Assembly (NCBI RefSeq): GCF_964355755.1
Contig: NC_092675.1
Location: 2,847,812 to 2,911,811, forward strand
Source of the DNA: Antedon mediterranea
Lineage: Eukaryota; Animalia; Echinodermata
Direction: 5' to 3'
DNA length: 64,000 nt
A model generated the notes under the pieces. It had not been told where the DNA came from. It did not search any database and worked only from the letters and a program-made list of their open reading frames with translations. The position numbers were made by a program, and so were the translations under genes. Position 1 is the first letter of the stretch. Each line of letters starts with the position of its first letter. This document shows positions 50,405 through 61,996 of this stretch, piece by piece.

Positions 50405-50978
50405 AATTCTTGGTTGTTATAAATACAAGTTTACTTCAAGTTAGCAAGACTCCTATTCATTTACTACATAAGTAGTTCCGCACCCTTTTCCGGATATTAT
50501 TATCGTCAGTGTTAATCCTATCCTAAATTTACTGGTTCTCGGATACAATTCATGGGTTCAATATCATACATTATAGGCCTATCTATATCATGATAGATTA
50601 CCATTAAAAGGATGTTCTTCCTGTCTCGATACAGATCTGTAAGTACATTATGCTTTGACTTAAACAAGTGGCACATTTTGGTACAGTACTTCCTTGTGGC
50701 GCCATTTTAGATTTGTCTACAGTATTTGCTCACTTAGACTGAGTGGTCGCTTGAAGAACATGAACAAAAGTTAAAACATTTATTAGATTTATGGTTTAAA
50801 ACATTTTTGGTTATTTAATTATATACATTGAATAATCAAAATGAGTATATAACAAAACTTATTTTAACAAAGCAAGAATTTGCCAAAATGTCAGAATATA
50901 GTAGGCCTACATTCTCTCGTGCTATTCTTTTGTGAACAAAAAATATGCATATAACCGTTTCATTTTCTACAGCGATTT

Positions 50979-52802
50979 TTATTCTAGTACAACCATTGGA
51001 ATATCTGCTTGATATGCATAAAAATCCTTGGATTTGTCCACAGTGTTTACTTTCTTAGACTGGGTGCTCACTTGAAGAGATTCATATTGTGATGACAGAC
51101 GTGGACCTAAATCAGTGTAATCATCATTATTAGAAGAAGATTCTTTATTTGCCGATGCTTTCGGCACACTACTTCCTTGTGACGCCCATTCCGATTTGTA
51201 AACAGTGTTTGCTTTCTCAGACTGGGTGCTCGCTCGAAGAGATTCATATTGTGATGAAAGACGTGGACCTAAATCAGTGTAATCATCATTATTTGAAGAA
51301 GATTCTTTATTTACCGATGCTTTTGACACAGTACTACCTTGTGGCGCCCTGTTAGATTTGTCCCCAGTATTTTCTTTCTCAGACATAGTGCTTGTTTCAA
51401 CAGATTCATATTGTGGACCTACATTAGTGTAACCATCATTCGAAGAAGATTCTTTATTTGCCGATGCTTTTGGCACAGTGCTTCCTTGTGGCAACTTGTT
51501 AGATTTGTCCCCAGTATTTTCTTTCTTAGACATAGTGCTTGTTTCAACAGATTCATATTGAGGTCCCACATCAGTGTAATCATGATTCGAAGAAGGTTCT
51601 TTATTTGCCGATGCTTTTGGTACAGTACTACCTTGTGGCGCCCTTTCAGATTTTCCAGACTGTAAAGTTTCGTAGGCCGATGGAGGGTGAGGATATTGCA
51701 ACGCTAAATAAGAATTATCCCCGTCTGAAGTACTATTTTGAGCGTTTGAATTATCATTAGTTGTAGAATAATATAAGGTTTTGACTAGTCCAAAAATGAC
51801 AGCACAGAGGCCTACAACATCAACAACTAAAACAGAAATACCGACAGAGATATTTTCAGAGTTTGGTTTCTGTACGTCTTGGACAATAAATTGAGCACTA
51901 AATGTAATATCGTCTTCTGTAACAAGACACATTATATCCAAACCAGCTGATTTCAGTTTATTAATCTTTAAAACGTTGTCAGAGATCAGTTTAAAGTGAT
52001 CGTCATCTACCTCCATAATATCAACACCACCAATGGTCCACGAGAACACAACGTCATCAGTCAGAAACCCAGTCGCCTTGCAGGTAAGATGCAACATTTC
52101 GCCAACAACAGCATCTTCTGTTTGTGCGATGCTGACGTCAGGTGACGTAAGTGGTACATAACTGCAGCCAATGATCGTGTTGTTTGACGTTTTTGTTCGC
52201 GCAACGCACGCGAAGGTATCACCGTAATGTTCTGGTGAGAGTGTTAATTTGTAGCCAGTAGAGTCTTTTTTGGTCTTCAGCAAGTCAGCTTCCATTATCG
52301 ATTCCTCATTCAATACATCAGGATGACGTATCTTAACCCACGACACAGAGAGTGGCTTTGGCAAAGCTGACGAATTCCATGAACATCTTAGATTGATTTT
52401 CTTGCTACGTTTTCCACGTTTGTTTCGTTTTGCTTCCAACGAGCAAGTAGGTTTCTGTAGAGCAGTTATCGAATATCTATTAGCAATAGAAATTACTTTG
52501 TCACCATCCGATAACACACAGATGTAAAACTCGGGTAGATCCATAGAATCCGTTTTAATTTCTAAATTGTATGTCATGTTTTCTCGATCGTCAATTAAGT
52601 TGTACTTATTCTGATTACTAACCACAATTTTAGAACCATTTGTGATGTAAAATCCATCATTGGTTTCGAATTTAAACCAACGTGGCGTTAGACTTGAATT
52701 ACCGTTGGTACATTTTAACGTAACCACATCTTGTACAATGGTCACGATATCAATTCGTTGACATCCGAGAAAGCAAGCCATGAAAGCTAAACTAGACATC
52801 AT
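50979..52802 (-). CDS. IgSF cluster gene 6: V-C-C Ig receptor with TM and a long tail of four tandem tyrosine modules, 607 aa
   Basis: ATG 52802; TM ISVGISVLVVDVVGLCAVIFGLV. Tail: YLAL-x8-YETL, two YTxV-x3-YESV, two YTDL-x7-YESL. The signal peptide is unusually short. Confidence 0.88.
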   Translation of the reverse strand: MMSSLAFMACFLGCQRIDIVTIVQDVVTLKCTNGNSSLTPRWFKFETNDGFYITNGSKIVVSNQNKYNLIDDRENMTYNLEIKTDSMDLPEFYICVLSDGDKVISIANRYSITALQKPTCSLEAKRNKRGKRSKKINLRCSWNSSALPKPLSVSWVKIRHPDVLNEESIMEADLLKTKKDSTGYKLTLSPEHYGDTFACVARTKTSNNTIIGCSYVPLTSPDVSIAQTEDAVVGEMLHLTCKATGFLTDDVVFSWTIGGVDIMEVDDDHFKLISDNVLKINKLKSAGLDIMCLVTEDDITFSAQFIVQDVQKPNSENISVGISVLVVDVVGLCAVIFGLVKTLYYSTTNDNSNAQNSTSDGDNSYLALQYPHPPSAYETLQSGKSERAPQGSTVPKASANKEPSSNHDYTDVGPQYESVETSTMSKKENTGDKSNKLPQGSTVPKASANKESSSNDGYTNVGPQYESVETSTMSEKENTGDKSNRAPQGSTVSKASVNKESSSNNDDYTDLGPRLSSQYESLRASTQSEKANTVYKSEWASQGSSVPKASANKESSSNNDDYTDLGPRLSSQYESLQVSTQSKKVNTVDKSKDFYAYQADIPMVVLE

Positions 52803-54024
52803 GCTTTTCAGTTGTTGTGAAGGCAAATCCTGTTCGAATTAGCACGATTCCAATGTTAACGGTACAGACGTAATCCAAACACGAAATGTCCACATAAAGG
52901 CTACAAGCTCAGAAACAAAACAAATTATAATCGATTTAATAGATGTATTGATACAACAGTTATCTCTCTATTCCTATTAAACTACACACAAAATGTGCAG
53001 TTGGTTCCTTTGCAGATTCCTATTAAAATATGTTTGGCTTACTATAACTGACGCAAACATCTCAACTTTTGGATTGCTGGTTTCAACTTCTTACATATTA
53101 TAATAAACCGATTCGCACATTAAAATAAGGAAAAGAAACTTAACTAAAAACGAGTCGGAAACATTATCATATCATGTTCTGGGTACTTGGCTACCATCTT
53201 GAACACTCAAAGTCATTCAACAATTCCTGTTATTGTATAAATAATTGTGTTTTTTTACGATTACCGTACCTTGTATTTTTTTCACGTAGAAAAGTAACAT
53301 TACAATATAATATTGAAAATGCAAGAATATTATTTAAGAAGACTTGTTCACATGGAGGTTGTCAGTAGGTTAATCAAGAATTTAAAAAGCGGGAATAAAT
53401 AGGTCACAACCTCGATACATTAGGTTGATCATGCTCTATTTACATTGAAACCTCAACGTTTAGTAAGTACCGGTAATAAATGTAAGTGTTATAATAGATA
53501 TTATATTCTAAACACTTGAGTTAACTTTAAGACAAGGTTATTCAAAACGATATATTCAAATTACGATAATAAGAAATAATTGCGACATAAACCGTTACAT
53601 GAGTATTGTTTGAATAATTATAGCTTTAATTAATGACGTACTTTCACCCGAAAATCTAAACATGTTTACTTAAATGCGGGATGTAGCAAAATATACCATA
53701 CATAAAACCAAAGATATACACATTGTAAACAAAATGGCCAAAAAAAAAGCAGACTGGATCCCTAAATGGACCAGAACCTGGCCAAAATACAGTAGTTAAT
53801 AAATCAAAACATCTCTATTCATTACCTCAATATCAACGTCATATACTAAACACGCCATTTTCTAAGTATACAGATACAAAAGCAATTTAAAATATACCTG
53901 CACAAGTATTTTATTATCAAATAGTTATCAAAATAATGGCCAATTCATAGATATAGGCTTACGGTAAATTGTATATCTCAACCTCAATTTAAATAATATG
54001 TAAATTCTAGTAAGCATAGGTTAA

Positions 54025-56528
54025 AGATGTATTGTCCCCCAAAAAATGAAAAATAAAGATGAAAAAAATCAAATTTTGAATAGACCGTTTAGTAGTTAAC
54101 ATAAAGTTATTCACTTCCACCGAAAAAAAATCCGAAAAAAATATTGATTTCGCTTATAAAAAAATCAAAATAAGTTTACCATTTTTTCGAACTCATCGGC
54201 TCAGAAATTAGGCCGGTAGAGCTAACTCATACATATGCATGATATGTTAATGAGCATCCACACAGCAGAGATCTGATCTAACAATGGACGATGCACGTTG
54301 TATGTACAACACCACCACCAGAGATCGACGCGATTCGACTGTGGGTTTCCCTGGCCTGATCGTATAAATATGTAAAGCTGAGCTGTTAATTTGTCGGTAA
54401 GTAGGCCTAGACGGTTATTTTAATAATAATAATATATATAACGCAATAATAACAGGAAGGTAAATTAATTAACTTAACCTGGGATTTTTTCAGTTCAGGG
54501 CTAGGCCTAGAATAATTAATACATGCTGCTGCATATTACTAGTACGCCGGCGTTACTAGTAGGCTAGTAGCAAGCAGACTGTGACAATCGGGTCCCTGCA
54601 GAAGATGCCCAGCTAGGCCCTATCTATACATTGTACTCTTCATAGACTGGCCTAGGCTATATGCCATCAATCTTAGCTACATTCCGAAAATACAGCCAGC
54701 TTGCTGTACCATATATATTTACAGTTGAAGCTTGTTTAACTAATTTTTATGATAAAAATAAAACAAACATTTTTCAGGGAAAATGGTTGCAATACAATAC
54801 AAGCCTGAAATTGAGAACCTTCCAGCAGCACTGTACAAGTAGACAGAGGGGAAAAGTCAGCTTAGCCATTTTACAACACAAACAAATGTTCTCTGTACTG
54901 TAGTAAGTCAAATATTTATTTTCTCTTTTTATAAGTTATAACATTATAAGTAATGTGTTTTAATTACCATAGAAAGGTAGTATACTTATTTGACTATGTC
55001 AAAGTAAGCAATTTCACTAGCCCAATTTTGCACTAAATATGCATGATCTATTTTTTCCAGATTTTCATACTTTGCTTTTACGTTGAGCTGATGAAGACTG
55101 GAACAGAGGTCACCCAAAGACAACAATGATAGACTCGGTATTGGAATATGATTGGATATTGCAGGAAAAATATTTCTGACTCTCCTGCTGCATTCGGCCA
55201 ATATGTTCTTGTCCAGCTTGTAAAATATTGTATCATTTTTTTTGTATTATATGTACAGTATATTATTTTGTAAACATAACATTCAATAAATAAAAAAAAA
55301 ACTACTACAACAGTACACAGGATAAATTCTTCAAATTTACTTACACTTCATAATTTTACTGTAAATATTACAGTGCAAAAGGAGTTAATAAAATATATAT
55401 ATACAGTATATCTGATTGAATTCCTGTATTGTTTTTTGTGTCAATTTTAATTATCAATGTGTTGATTGTGGCAGTAATTACGACAGCTATAGTCTTCTAA
55501 GATCGCTCACATCCATTACAAAGTGTCATTTTAATAGTAAGAAACGTTTCAATAAATTGTGAATGTTGCCACTGTACGATACATTTTATGTTTCTCACTA
55601 CTTGCTCTTATTGTTCAATCAATCAACCTAAAAAAAAAAAGGAATTTGTGTCAAAATATCTGCATAAAATGTTTATTTGCAGAATGTTAATTTGAACCTA
55701 TTGCATTTGATACAGAAAATATTTTAAAAATATTGCATCAGTAAAACATCCAAAACAATATTTAGATTTTTTTTTTTTTAAATTTTCACTGCCGAATAGA
55801 TAGTCGAAATCTTTAAAAATTAAACCAATTCATCATGATTAAAACAAAAATACATCCCTTCTGGTGGTGTTCTACTGTAGCCCTAGCTAGCAGTGTACTG
55901 CCTAGGCCTACTACACTCTCTACTTCTAGAGACAGAAGTAGGCAGCAGTTAGGCTACTCGAGACTGTCAGTGCTAGTAGTAGTAGTAGTTACTAGTAGGC
56001 CTAGTAGTAGACTAAGAAAACTAGTAGTACAGTAGCAGCAAATTCGGGCCTAGGCCTAGCTAGGCCTCTCCTGTTAGCGAAACAAAAACTCACCTAAATG
56101 AATAAGATTCAACATCAAAGTTACCAACTGTAATTCTAACTTAGCATTCTGCTAGCTATAGTTTTCTTGTTTTCTTCAAGATTCGTCTCGCATCACTACT
56201 CGACTCTCTCCCGCACGCATACATTGCTATCGTTGTTGGCTAGGCTGTTGATTTGGAAAGCATCATCATCCACACGATGTATCCATACAATATGAATATT
56301 TATGAGCTAACTCAGGTCAAGGGTTAAATTAAACCGGAACACATTTGTCTTCCAGACAAATAGCTTCCGGTTGGTTAATTTTTGCATTAAATTGCGATTT
56401 TCCCGTGTAAAAAATTATTTTTTTCAATCCAAATTGAGGTCAAAGTGAATAACTTTTATGTGCAATTAAAATGGCCTATTCAACAAAAATATTTAAAAAA
56501 AAATTTTTTTCAGGGGGACAATACATCT
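54025..56528. mobile_element. 2.5-kb non-autonomous DNA transposon with TTAA TSD (Kolobok-like)
   Basis: TTAA(54021-24)-AGATGTATTGTCCCCC...GGGGGACAATACATCT-TTAA(56529-32); subterminal AAAGTTATTCACTT / AAGTGAATAACTTT. Purine-start termini with TTAA fit Kolobok rather than piggyBac (CCY). Lone termini of the same type at about 33826 and 36855. Confidence 0.8.
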
Positions 56529-58178
56529 TTAAAGTACATTTGCATAAACTGTGTCTCTTTCTAAAACGATTTTAATTCCAGTTACTGGTTCTGCATAATC
56601 ATACACATGTGCATAGTCATTGGGAACAGCTGTTTGATTTGCATAATGAGACTCCTCGGATTTGTCCACAGTATTTGCTTTCTTAGACTGGATGCTCACG
56701 TGAAGAGATGCATATTGTGATGAAAGACGTGGACCTAAATCGGTGTAATCATCATTCGAAGAGGATCCTTTATTTGTCGATTTTTTTGGTGCAGTAGTCT
56801 TTCTTCCTTGTGGCGCTCTTTTAGATGTGTCCCCAGCATTTGCTTTCTTAGACCGAGTGCTTGTTTCAACAGATTCATATTGTGGGCCTAAATCAGTGTA
56901 ATCATCATTCGAAGAAGGTTCTTCATTTGGCGCCCTTTCAGATTTTCCAGACTGTAAAGTTTCGTAGGCCGATGGAGAGTGAGGATATTGCAACGCTAAA
57001 TATGAATCATCACCATCTGAAGTACTATTGTGAGCGTTTTCTTTTGCCGTATTCTGTGTGTTGGTATGAGTACCCTCCTTTATTTTTCTAGAATTACAAA
57101 AACGTTTGATAACAATTACAAGCCCAACAATGGCAGCACATATCACAACAAAACCTGCAACGGAAATACCAGTAACTACAAATATATTTTCAGAGTTTGG
57201 TTCCGGCATGTCTTGGACAGCAACTGAAAATTGAGCACTGAATGTGATATCATCCTCTGTAACAAGACACTTTATATCCAAACCATCATCAGCTAATTCA
57301 AGTGCATTAATCTTTAAAACATTGTCAGAAATCAGTTTAAAATGATTATCCTCTAATTCCATAATGCTAACACCATCTATGGTCCATGAGAACCCAAAGT
57401 CATTGGTTAGAAAGCCAGACACATTGCACGTAAATAACGCAATTTCACCAATAACAGAATCCCCGTTTTGTGTAATGGTAATGTCGGGTGGCGTAAGTGC
57501 TACGTAACTGCAGCCAATTATCGTGTTGTTTGAGGTTTCTGTTCGCGCAACGCACGCGAAGGTATCACCGTAATGTTCTGGTGAGAGTGTTAGTTGGTAT
57601 TGAGAAGTGTTTGTGGCAGTGTTCAGTTCTGGAACTTCCATTATCGTTTCTTCATCTAACACATCAGGATGATGTATCTGAACCCACGACACCAAGAGTG
57701 GCTTTGACAAAGCCGACGCATTCCAAGAACATCTTAGATCAATTTTCTTACCGCGTTGCGATGTACGACGTCTCGGTTGTTTCGCTTTTAACGAGCATTT
57801 TGGTTTTGGTAAAACAGTTAAAGAATATCCATAATACAATTCGGTTGCACTCTCACCATCCGATAATGAACAGACATAACGCTTAGGTAGATCCGTAGAA
57901 TCAGTTTTAATTTCTAAATTGTATGTCATCTCTTCTCGATCATCTGTTAAGCTGTATTTAGTTTGATCAGCAACGACTTGAGAGCCGTTAGTGATTGTTC
58001 CCGATTCACTGGCAATTGTTACCCACGATAGCGTCAAACTAGAATTAAATTTCTCATTGTAGCTACAATTTAACGTGACTACATCTTCAACGATGGCTAA
58101 CAGCTCACCAGATCTTTGGCACCCAAAAGCAACATAAGAAACACAGGTTAACAATATAAACACAACACGGGATGCCAT
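56529..58178 (-). CDS. IgSF cluster gene 7: V-C-C Ig receptor with TM and an ITAM/ITSM-type tail, 549 aa
   Basis: Signal MASRVVFILLTCVSYVAFG-CQRS; TM IFVVTGISVAGFVVICAAIVGLVIVI-KR. Tail: YLAL-x8-YETL, YTDL-x3-YESV, YTDL-x7-YASL, YANQ, YAHVYDY, terminal TVYANVL. Confidence 0.9.
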   Translation of the reverse strand: MASRVVFILLTCVSYVAFGCQRSGELLAIVEDVVTLNCSYNEKFNSSLTLSWVTIASESGTITNGSQVVADQTKYSLTDDREEMTYNLEIKTDSTDLPKRYVCSLSDGESATELYYGYSLTVLPKPKCSLKAKQPRRRTSQRGKKIDLRCSWNASALSKPLLVSWVQIHHPDVLDEETIMEVPELNTATNTSQYQLTLSPEHYGDTFACVARTETSNNTIIGCSYVALTPPDITITQNGDSVIGEIALFTCNVSGFLTNDFGFSWTIDGVSIMELEDNHFKLISDNVLKINALELADDGLDIKCLVTEDDITFSAQFSVAVQDMPEPNSENIFVVTGISVAGFVVICAAIVGLVIVIKRFCNSRKIKEGTHTNTQNTAKENAHNSTSDGDDSYLALQYPHSPSAYETLQSGKSERAPNEEPSSNDDYTDLGPQYESVETSTRSKKANAGDTSKRAPQGRKTTAPKKSTNKGSSSNDDYTDLGPRLSSQYASLHVSIQSKKANTVDKSEESHYANQTAVPNDYAHVYDYAEPVTGIKIVLERDTVYANVL

Positions 58179-60906
58179 ACTTCTTGGTGGTGACTCCTAC
58201 TGTGAATAAGTCTAGTTCGAATTTGTGAGATTCCCCCCAAGTATACAGTACCGGATGTCATTGTCATAGTCTAATCCTCCTATCCTGAACTTGCCAATTA
58301 ATGGCTGCTGCTACAAGAACAGATATAATCACGATCGCTTCAATATCGTATGCAATCACAACACCAGTTAAGTGGATTATTCGGCTTAATTCGATACAAA
58401 TCACAAATATTTACGAATTCAGTGATTTGGCTTAATAACAGACGCATTGAAATATCAAGTTTGAATTGTTGGTAGTTTCATTTTATTTTAAGAGGTTTTA
58501 CAAAGAATTAGACGATCAAGCAAAAGACAAATGAAACCAGGAAAAGGGAAACAATGACAACCTGATTTAGAGTTATTGTACGACGAATACAAACACAATC
58601 ATTGTATCTTAAAAGAATGAGTCACGTAATCTATAAACAACACAACACGGATTTTATTTTTCGCACGGAAATAAAATAACTTTACAATCGCTCCGGCGAC
58701 TTACTACGTCCTTTGTGAGAACAGCCGCGGTTAGCCTCGCTACTGCGCAGTTTAGAAGCGTGTAGCTACATTTTTTAACTCGCATCGATGCAAAATGACT
58801 TAATGGCGGGAACAAAAAAAACAATATACGATATAATTATTATTCACATTCTGAAACTGTGAAAATATTTTTATTAAAAGTCAACACGAATCCAATCTAA
58901 GACTAGATTAAAACTTATTAAATGGTAGGTATTTAGGCCTAATCTGTAATGAGCCGGATTCTTCATTCATGACGGCTCATAAACATGATAGGTAAGGACT
59001 TAACGTTTACTGTTTTTGTATATTAAAAGTTATTAATTATAGGCCTGATTAATGTACTGACAATCCATGCTATAAATGTTGGCCATCATATTCCCTTATA
59101 TACTGAATATGATATAACAATCAGAACCTCGCAAAACAGAAGTAACTTTTGGATAATAATAAAATAAAAATGCACATTGTAGGCCTATCCATTGTTTATT
59201 ATAAACTTTAAAAAAAAAAAAAGTTTTTGAGGAAATATTTTGATTTCACGCGACGCTCAAAATGGCATTTCGTTAATTTTATGTTAGGGACGTATTACTT
59301 GCCAAATTAGTAAATTGATACATATTTAATATAAAGTAACTGTATAATTACAAGGTTACTATAAATAGTGAACAGTTCTATAGCAATGCATTTGAATATA
59401 AATAGGAACATTTTACTGACCCAGGATTCAATTGGGCTTAATATAAATATGAGTAATAGACACTTGACCGAGAAAGTCAAGGAAACAAGAAGTAATTCAA
59501 CTTATGTAACTGGAAGACAATAACATTCTTTTATATTGCAAAGCATAATGGAGGTAACCTAACTAGGTATAATAATTTTGGGGACATAAATACCGTATTC
59601 TATAATATTCATAGAGTACTAACAGTACATTTCTACTCAAATCTTCACGTTTATGTAAAGGTCCGGGTTTAAACTTCTATTGTAAACTATGAACCTTTGC
59701 AAAAACATTGATAATAACTTCGTCGTCAGCGGTAAAGCAGAACGGGCGAGGTGAAATAAGCTTCTTCTCTTTTTAAATAAAAAAAAGTAGCCGCACAGGA
59801 AAAATATTTAAAACAATTGAAACTTTATTCCCGGAGCTACCCTTAATCAAAAATCTTAATCACAGTAGTTTAATCTTTGTAAGGGAAACTGGAGGGAGAA
59901 AAGAAACCAAGATAATAACTTAATTTTTAAAATATGCTTTTAAAACTATTGGAATGATTAACATACAATTAACCAACTATATCCTAAGTTTAAAAGCAAT
60001 TATTAATATTCGGAAATTGAATAATAATAATGAGTGGACAGATATAGCACCATGCGAATCATTAGCACCCTGTTTTTTTTTAAAGAAAAACTTTTAGAAA
60101 AGTTTCCCCATTGCTTATTTTTCATTTATTTAATTTCATTTTTTTTATTTCAATGTATACTAGTGTCGTCTTAAATGTTTTCCAGGGTTAGCCGTAAACC
60201 CCCTCGTTACGGGAAAGTGCCCTCTCAAGTGGGATGTCCAAAAGAAATGGATGGTTGAACAATACAATTAAGTGGAAGATTTCTTCCGAGGAATACACAA
60301 CTTTGTTTCAGAAAACAAGATATTTTGGCAACAAAATTTTGTACTGCAGGAATAACGTGGCAGACCAGAAATAATACACAAAACCTATGTCTGTGAACAC
60401 ATAACAGAAGCATCACAACACCAAAAGAACCCATTACTTTGATATGACTGTTAGTGGTTGTCCACCTCCCCCTAGGGGACCAAAGGAAGCCGGGGACTAC
60501 TGAAGAAAAGATTGTTTCCAGTTTCACCTAGTCAATGAATTTGCCTGTTAGGTTAGGTAAGATTGGGACCAGAGCCGGCCAGGCCTAATTACTAGAAGTT
60601 TTGATGCTAGTCTGAAGTTTGAAAGGGTACTGTAGAAAAAAATGGGTTTAATCAAATGGTTTATTTAAAACCTACGAACCAACTGGCTATGGCTTCTTGT
60701 TCTATAAGCCAAATATCATATACAGTATTTGATTATTTTAGGCGTAAATGAAAAACATGTTTAGTAGCCATGCCACATAATTATTTTAGATCTTACAATT
60801 TTGAGTTTGCTATAACAAACAGCTGGTAAAATCTTGGCAGCATAAACAAATATACAGAAATAGAAAAAACCCACTATGCAACTTTGCATGACCCATCTTC
60901 ATAATA

Positions 60907-60976
60907 GGCGGATCCAGTTCCGTTTTAGCATAATCTTTTAGCCATAATTCATAACTTCAAGATCCTGGATCCGCCA
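60907..60976. mobile_element. Tiny hAT-like MITE remnant
   Basis: TGGCGGATCCAG / CTGGATCCGCCA inverted pair about 70 bp apart. Confidence 0.4.
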
Positions 60977-61162
60977 TCGATCCCTGATTTGTAATACACG
61001 GTAAAACTTTGGTTACACTTAAACCAGGAATTTAAAATTGTGCCACGGAAAAAAAGAAATTAAGACAACAAACATTAAAACACAGAGAGATATAAAATAT
61101 AAAAAAATTGCACTGGAGTTTGTACACGTTATGATATGTAAATCATTGCATATACAACTAAT

Positions 61163-61240
61163 ATTGTATATACATATTCATGTTGTATATGCATATTCAT
61201 ATTGTATATGCATATTCATATTGTATATGCATATTCATCT
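61163..61240. repeat. 19-bp tandem repeat (ATTGTATATGCATATTCAT), about 4 copies
   Basis: Directly visible. Confidence 0.85.
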
Positions 61241-61996
61241 ATACTAATATTTACAATTGCATTATAGTTTGATCGTTTATCATACATTACACATCTACAA
61301 ACAATGGAGGTACAGCAGGAAAAAGTGAAATTATAATTTTACTCTACCCTGGTTATAATATCATGGTACATGGATACATGGTTTCTTTTGAGATGGATAT
61401 AACAATTGGCACCTTTAATAATATAATACATGATTACTTTGTATCTATGACTACCATAAACCCAACTATATTGCAGTAAATGATTCTATTACATATGTTT
61501 GTATGCACCAGAGAGAGTTGTCAGTATTATACCTTGTTAGAATCTGAAAATAAAAGTAACCAGGTTATTAACTGTGTAACTGGATGTACTCCAATGTAGT
61601 CTAGTCAACTGTGACCTAATAAAACTGCATAACATTGACCTGGTTACTTGCAGTGAACTGGATACAAGTAGTTATATGCTAGCAGTAACCTGGTAACTAG
61701 ATTGTTTACCAGGTTATGAGAAGTGCTTTGAACAAGCAAGCCAATAACTAGTAGTAGTAACCTGGTAACTAGATTGGTTACCAGGTTATCAGGTTGCTTG
61801 GAAAACAACCAGCTTTTACAACTTGATAACTAGTGTTGACCTGGATATGAGTAGTGACCTGAATCTCAATCTCTATAAATCCAGCAATAATATTGACCAG
61901 TAGACCATTGCCTTAACAATAACCAGATAGTAACCTGGTAACTAGTGATGACCTGGTAATGATCTTGCAGTGCAGTTATCATTTAGTCACCATTAG

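Noticed and set aside
54986-55230. Possible transposase or accessory ORF inside the Kolobok-like element
   Set aside because: Short, with no recognisable DDE, THAP or other motif.
60225-60527. 100-aa ORF in a slightly GC-richer patch
   Set aside because: Non-ATG start, no recognisable domain and no splice support.
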